64,000 nucleotides of DNA from Bacilli bacterium (GTDB lineage: Bacteria; Bacillota_I; Bacilli_A; RF39; UBA660), in the NCBI GenBank assembly GCA_035392025.1, contig DAOPMC010000001.1, positions 68 through 64,067 of the forward strand, written 5' to 3'. The notes below the pieces were generated by a model that did not search any database, was not told the DNA's origin, and saw nothing but the letters and a program-made list of their open reading frames with translations. Made by a program: the position numbers and the translations under genes. How positions within the stretch are numbered: position 1 is the stretch's first letter; every line of letters begins with the position of its first letter. Shown here piece after piece: positions 60,941 to 64,000 of this stretch.

Positions 60941-61668
60941 TGTGTCACCTCCCCAGTTGTTGCTGTTGCTCTTACTTCTTCTAAATAATCAACAATTTCA
61001 TCAAGTATATTTGCTGATTGTTCATAATTATCTAAAAGTCTTTCATAAATAACTTTTGTTGGATTATATATGGTATTTCTAGTATCAACTGTAGTATAGC
61101 TGTAGGAACTATTTCCCATTAGCCAATTTTCTAACACTGTATTACTAGCTGTTATTTGATAAATAACCGGTTGATGCATTGCTAGCGTGCTAACCATTTT
61201 TTCATCTTCATATAAGTCAGATGATGCCGTTGTTCTTATTACTCCCATTTGATAAGCTAAACATTCTCCTCTAAATGAATTGAAATCTTTATAATAAGTG
61301 TAATTAGTAAAAGCATCTGCTGTTTCGATAGGTGTCTTGTAAAGTTCCATTTTTTTAAATTCATCAGTACATATTTTTAGTCCTAATCTAATTTTTTCAT
61401 AATATATAGCTTTATTATTAACACCAAATACAGTAAAACTAATTGTTGAAAGTCTATTATCAGCATCATCTATTTTTTTTACAATGTTTTCTCTTTTTGT
61501 TTTTCCTTCGTCATTAATATAATAATCATATTGCAGTTCTTGTGCATGATAGACATTAGCAAATATTAAATACCCTGCCATAAGCAAAGAGATAATTAAA
61601 ATTGCACCAACTAATAAATTAATTAATTCCCCAAAAGTCTTCTTCAGCATCTTCTTCCCTCTTTTCAA
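60937..61668 (-). CDS. Hypothetical membrane-anchored protein with a large extracytoplasmic domain (SipW-locus associated)
   Basis: 243 aa; basic N-terminus and a single TM, then a Tyr/Thr/Asn-rich domain; the start overlaps the sipW 3' end, so the true start may be an internal Met. Confidence 0.4.
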   Translation of the reverse strand: MKRGKKMLKKTFGELINLLVGAILIISLLMAGYLIFANVYHAQELQYDYYINDEGKTKRENIVKKIDDADNRLSTISFTVFGVNNKAIYYEKIRLGLKICTDEFKKMELYKTPIETADAFTNYTYYKDFNSFRGECLAYQMGVIRTTASSDLYEDEKMVSTLAMHQPVIYQITASNTVLENWLMGNSSYSYTTVDTRNTIYNPTKVIYERLLDNYEQSANILDEIVDYLEEVRATATTGEVTQ

Positions 61669-62341
61669 TTCTTTTTTCTTCTATTATAACTTTTTTCTCA
61701 GGTTCTTTATGTTCTACTTCTACAGGAGTGGTAATTGTTTTAACATTATCTATATTAGTAGTTTCTTGTAGATTTCTTTTTCTTTCTAGTAATTTCTTTC
61801 TCCTGGTAAATATTTTTACGAAGTCAAATATAATTATACCCATACACGGAACTACTATCGCAACTAGCCAACCAAATTTGGTCGCTAAGAATTGTTGAAT
61901 ATATCCTATCTTTGGTATTTTTAAAATAACTTTACCCATTATATTTTTAGTAAGTACTGCTGGAGAATCTTCGGTATTATTAGCATCACCTTTTGTAACA
62001 TAAGCTGTCTCTCCATCACGAAGTGTTATTTTGACAATTCTGTGAGTAACAGTAATACCTTGTGTATATGTTCCATCCGATATATATGTTACAACATCAC
62101 CTATTGCATATACATCATCTTTCGTTTTAAAAGTTATTATCATATCCCCAGCTTTAATCTTAGGGGACATGCTTTGGGTTAGGATAACATACATATTAAA
62201 AGGAACTTTATCTAATTTATCTTGTTTTTGCATTACTTTGATATATACTACATACGCTGCAAGAAGTACTATTAAGATAAGCAAAAGCGTAAGAATAGTT
62301 TTAGATATTATTCTTAAAATTAATGCTATTTTTTTCTTCAT
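61619..62341 (-). CDS. sipW: Signal peptidase I, SipW / Sec11-type (Ser-His, S26B)
   Basis: N-terminal TM, ER/archaeal-type SPase boxes: TQSMSP (catalytic Ser), GDVVTY, THRIV (catalytic His), KGDANNTEDS; C-terminal TM plus charged tail. Confidence 0.7.
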   Translation of the reverse strand: MKKKIALILRIISKTILTLLLILIVLLAAYVVYIKVMQKQDKLDKVPFNMYVILTQSMSPKIKAGDMIITFKTKDDVYAIGDVVTYISDGTYTQGITVTHRIVKITLRDGETAYVTKGDANNTEDSPAVLTKNIMGKVILKIPKIGYIQQFLATKFGWLVAIVVPCMGIIIFDFVKIFTRRKKLLERKRNLQETTNIDNVKTITTPVEVEHKEPEKKVIIEEKRIEKREEDAEEDFWGIN

Positions 62342-62353
62342 AATTTCACCCTT

Positions 62354-63127
62354 TTATTCTACATATCCTATAACATTTACAATACATTTAAAAGTTCTAG
62401 TTGTATTATCTAATTCATAATTATTGGCAACCCAAAGTCTAAGACGATATGAATTTGTTTGAGTTGTGGTAAGTTCTTTTGTATATAATTTTTTAGCATT
62501 TGAGGCATGAGTGCTATTATCTAAATTTGTATATGTTGGAATTACTCCCGTAAAACCAGATGCTGCTGCTCCATTTTCCTCTAAATAAACTTTAATATAT
62601 GCTGGATCTAATTTTAAACCACTTATTAATGCTTCTGTAAGATATATTTCATATGTTACTTTTTTAACTTTAGGATTATTATTTAAGTTAAAAGTAATTT
62701 GAAAATCAAAGTATTCGTTTGTCCCAGATAACGCTTTACCAAGTTCATCAGTCATAGGATAAGCATTTACTATATCAATAGCTGAATCAGCTTCGCTATA
62801 AGAAAATAGTACCATTCCAACATCAATATTGTTAGAGCCTCCCGTTGAACCACCATTATTAACATAATCTGTTATAGAAAAGGTGATAAATGATGCTCCT
62901 GCAATTAATGCTACTAACATAACAATTAGTAACCAAATGGGTACTATTCCTCTATTTGGTTTTATATATAACTGTTGTCCTACTACTATATTAGTATCTT
63001 CAAGTTCATTAATTTTTATGATAGACTTTTCAGTTACATCATATTTATCTGCAATAGATGCTAAAGTATCATTTTCTTTTACTATATATATAATATATCT
63101 TAAATTGTCATTCTTATCTTTTACCAT
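62354..63127 (-). CDS. LysM-domain pro-region plus TasA/camelysin-like secreted protein, paralog P4
   Basis: Residues about 12-56 form a LysM motif (DTLASIADKY.V....I...N.L....I..GQ.L.IP). A TM follows with ALIAGASFITFSITD, nearly identical to the P3 cleavage region LIAGSSFAIFTDLDE. C-terminal SYRLRLWVANNYELD motif shared with P5 and P1. Confidence 0.6.
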   Translation of the reverse strand: MVKDKNDNLRYIIYIVKENDTLASIADKYDVTEKSIIKINELEDTNIVVGQQLYIKPNRGIVPIWLLIVMLVALIAGASFITFSITDYVNNGGSTGGSNNIDVGMVLFSYSEADSAIDIVNAYPMTDELGKALSGTNEYFDFQITFNLNNNPKVKKVTYEIYLTEALISGLKLDPAYIKVYLEENGAAASGFTGVIPTYTNLDNSTHASNAKKLYTKELTTTQTNSYRLRLWVANNYELDNTTRTFKCIVNVIGYVE

Positions 63128-63194
63128 AAAATACTAGCATCCTCTCTTACACTATCTCTATTATTGATAATAACATAAATTTTAATAAAAATAA

Positions 63195-63223
63195 ATAAAA
63201 AAGACTTATTTTTCATAAGTCTA
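63195..63223 (-). terminator. Rho-independent terminator between P5 and P4
   Basis: AGACTTAT-TTTTCA-ATAAGTCT hairpin followed on the minus strand by a T-run. Confidence 0.5.
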
Positions 63224-63238
63224 ATCATATTAAATAAA

Positions 63239-63904
63239 TTATGCTGTTGCTTGAACATTTACTTTGAATGTATATGTTGCTGCTGTTGTTGTATTTGAAA
63301 TTGTATCATTTGATGTAGTATTATCATTTGTTGTTAAATCATATTCATCATCTACCCAAAATTGAATACGGAATGTTTCATTTGCTGCTGTTGTAATTTG
63401 CCTTGAAGCAAAATAGTTAGTTGCTGACATATAACTACCAAGTACTTTTGGTGCTAATGTCCATGTTCCTGATGCAGCAAGGCACGCTGCCTCTGTGTCT
63501 CCGGTTCCTGAGCAACTTCCATATCCTTCAACTGCTTTACCATTAGCATCTACTTCAACAAAGTTAATTTTAGTTTCATCTAAATCACCTGTTTGAGATA
63601 CTTCAGTAAAGTATAGTACATATGTAAAAGTAACTCCAGATGCAAGTGTTGGTACTACAGTAAATGTATAATAATTAGTGTTAGTACTGTGGCCTTTATC
63701 ATATGTCATTGGATATTGATTTGTTAAAGTTGCTACAGTTTCATCACTAAATGCTATAGATAACTGTGAAGTAGAGATAGATGATGTTCTTGTACCAGTA
63801 GCACTAAAGCTATACATTGCATAAGATACTCCAACTACTGCAATAACTAGTACTAAAACAGCTACAATAGAAAGTATTATTTGCTTTGAATTATTTTTTT
63901 CCAT
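63239..63904 (-). CDS. TasA/camelysin-like secreted protein, paralog P5 (221 aa, TasA-sized)
   Basis: Basic N-terminus, TM, YAMYSFSATGTRTSSISTSQLSIAF... block; C-terminal FRIQFWVDDEYDL motif. Size and position (first gene, own terminator) resemble a major fibre subunit like tasA. Confidence 0.6.
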   Translation of the reverse strand: MEKNNSKQIILSIVAVLVLVIAVVGVSYAMYSFSATGTRTSSISTSQLSIAFSDETVATLTNQYPMTYDKGHSTNTNYYTFTVVPTLASGVTFTYVLYFTEVSQTGDLDETKINFVEVDANGKAVEGYGSCSGTGDTEAACLAASGTWTLAPKVLGSYMSATNYFASRQITTAANETFRIQFWVDDEYDLTTNDNTTSNDTISNTTTAATYTFKVNVQATA

Positions 63905-63951
63905 TTGTTCCTCCTTTATATATTTTTAATAGCTAATTAAATTAAGCTGGG

Positions 63952-64000
63952 TCATGGTTTATTGATAAAAGTGCCAAGTGGACTTGCTACTGCTTGAACA
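63952..64000 (-). CDS. 3' end of a partial ORF running off the window
   Basis: The minus strand reads ...VQAVASPLGTFINKP-stop, with stop at 63954-63952. The tail resembles the P5 C-terminus (...VNVQATA), so it could be another TasA-like paralog. Confidence 0.2.
   Translation of the reverse strand, partial: VQAVASPLGTFINKP

Noticed and set aside
24683-63904. Interpreting the N-termini of the paralogous secreted proteins as type IV (pseudo)pilin class III signal peptides
   Set aside because: No G/FTLIE-type prepilin motif and no prepilin peptidase or pilus ATPase genes nearby. Instead the motifs match the SipW-cognate/TasA pattern, and a SipW-type peptidase is encoded in the window.
1-64000. 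Possibility of a Mollicutes-type genome with UGA=Trp
   Set aside because: Long ORFs are intact under the standard code, and peptidoglycan genes (murD, femAB-like), lgt and sporulation genes are present; this is inconsistent with Mollicutes.
1-64000. CRISPR arrays, rRNA or tRNA genes
   Set aside because: I found no direct repeat-spacer periodicity, no rRNA-like conserved stretches and no cloverleaf-like tRNA sequences in the intergenic regions I inspected. The only structured RNA recognised is tmRNA plus a T-box leader. A tRNA scan by software would still be worthwhile.

Overview
This is an AT-rich contig (roughly 27-30% GC by eye) from a low-GC Gram-positive bacterium of an endospore-forming lineage, Clostridia or Erysipelotrichia-like. 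It uses the standard genetic code, makes peptidoglycan (murD, femAB-like, lgt), and has an anaerobe marker (rubrerythrin). Most of the window is conserved housekeeping, almost all on the minus strand: truA, glycolytic genes (tpiA, pgk, gap, eno), clpP, the str operon (rpsL-rpsG-fusA-tuf), trxB-lgt, uvrA, secG-rnr-smpB with ssrA (tmRNA), murD, whiA/yvcK, the cysS-mrnC-rlmB-sigH block, clpC, lysS with a T-box leader, dusB, ftsH/tilS, a compact sporulation/division block (spoVG, yabP, yabQ, divIC), and veg-yabG-ksgA. spo0A and sigH are both present. The accessory content is: (i) a dispersed family of at least five paralogous secreted proteins with a TasA/camelysin-type N-terminal domain and SipW-cognate-type signal anchors (24683, 40722, 56789, 62354, 63239, plus a partial gene at the right edge); (ii) a SipW-type (Sec11-like, Ser/His) signal peptidase locus with two of these paralogs and two unknown membrane proteins just upstream of ksgA; (iii) an 803-aa member that fuses the TasA-like module to a glycine-rich domain plus discoidin-like and CBM-like domains; (iv) one IS3-family insertion with a programmed -1 frameshift site, sitting about 90 bp upstream of clpC, whose own N-terminus shows a single-base homopolymer frameshift; (v) a DinJ-YafQ toxin-antitoxin pair; (vi) a compositionally atypical (GC-richer) hypothetical gene downstream of tuf. 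I saw no CRISPR array, rRNA or tRNA genes in the regions I examined.
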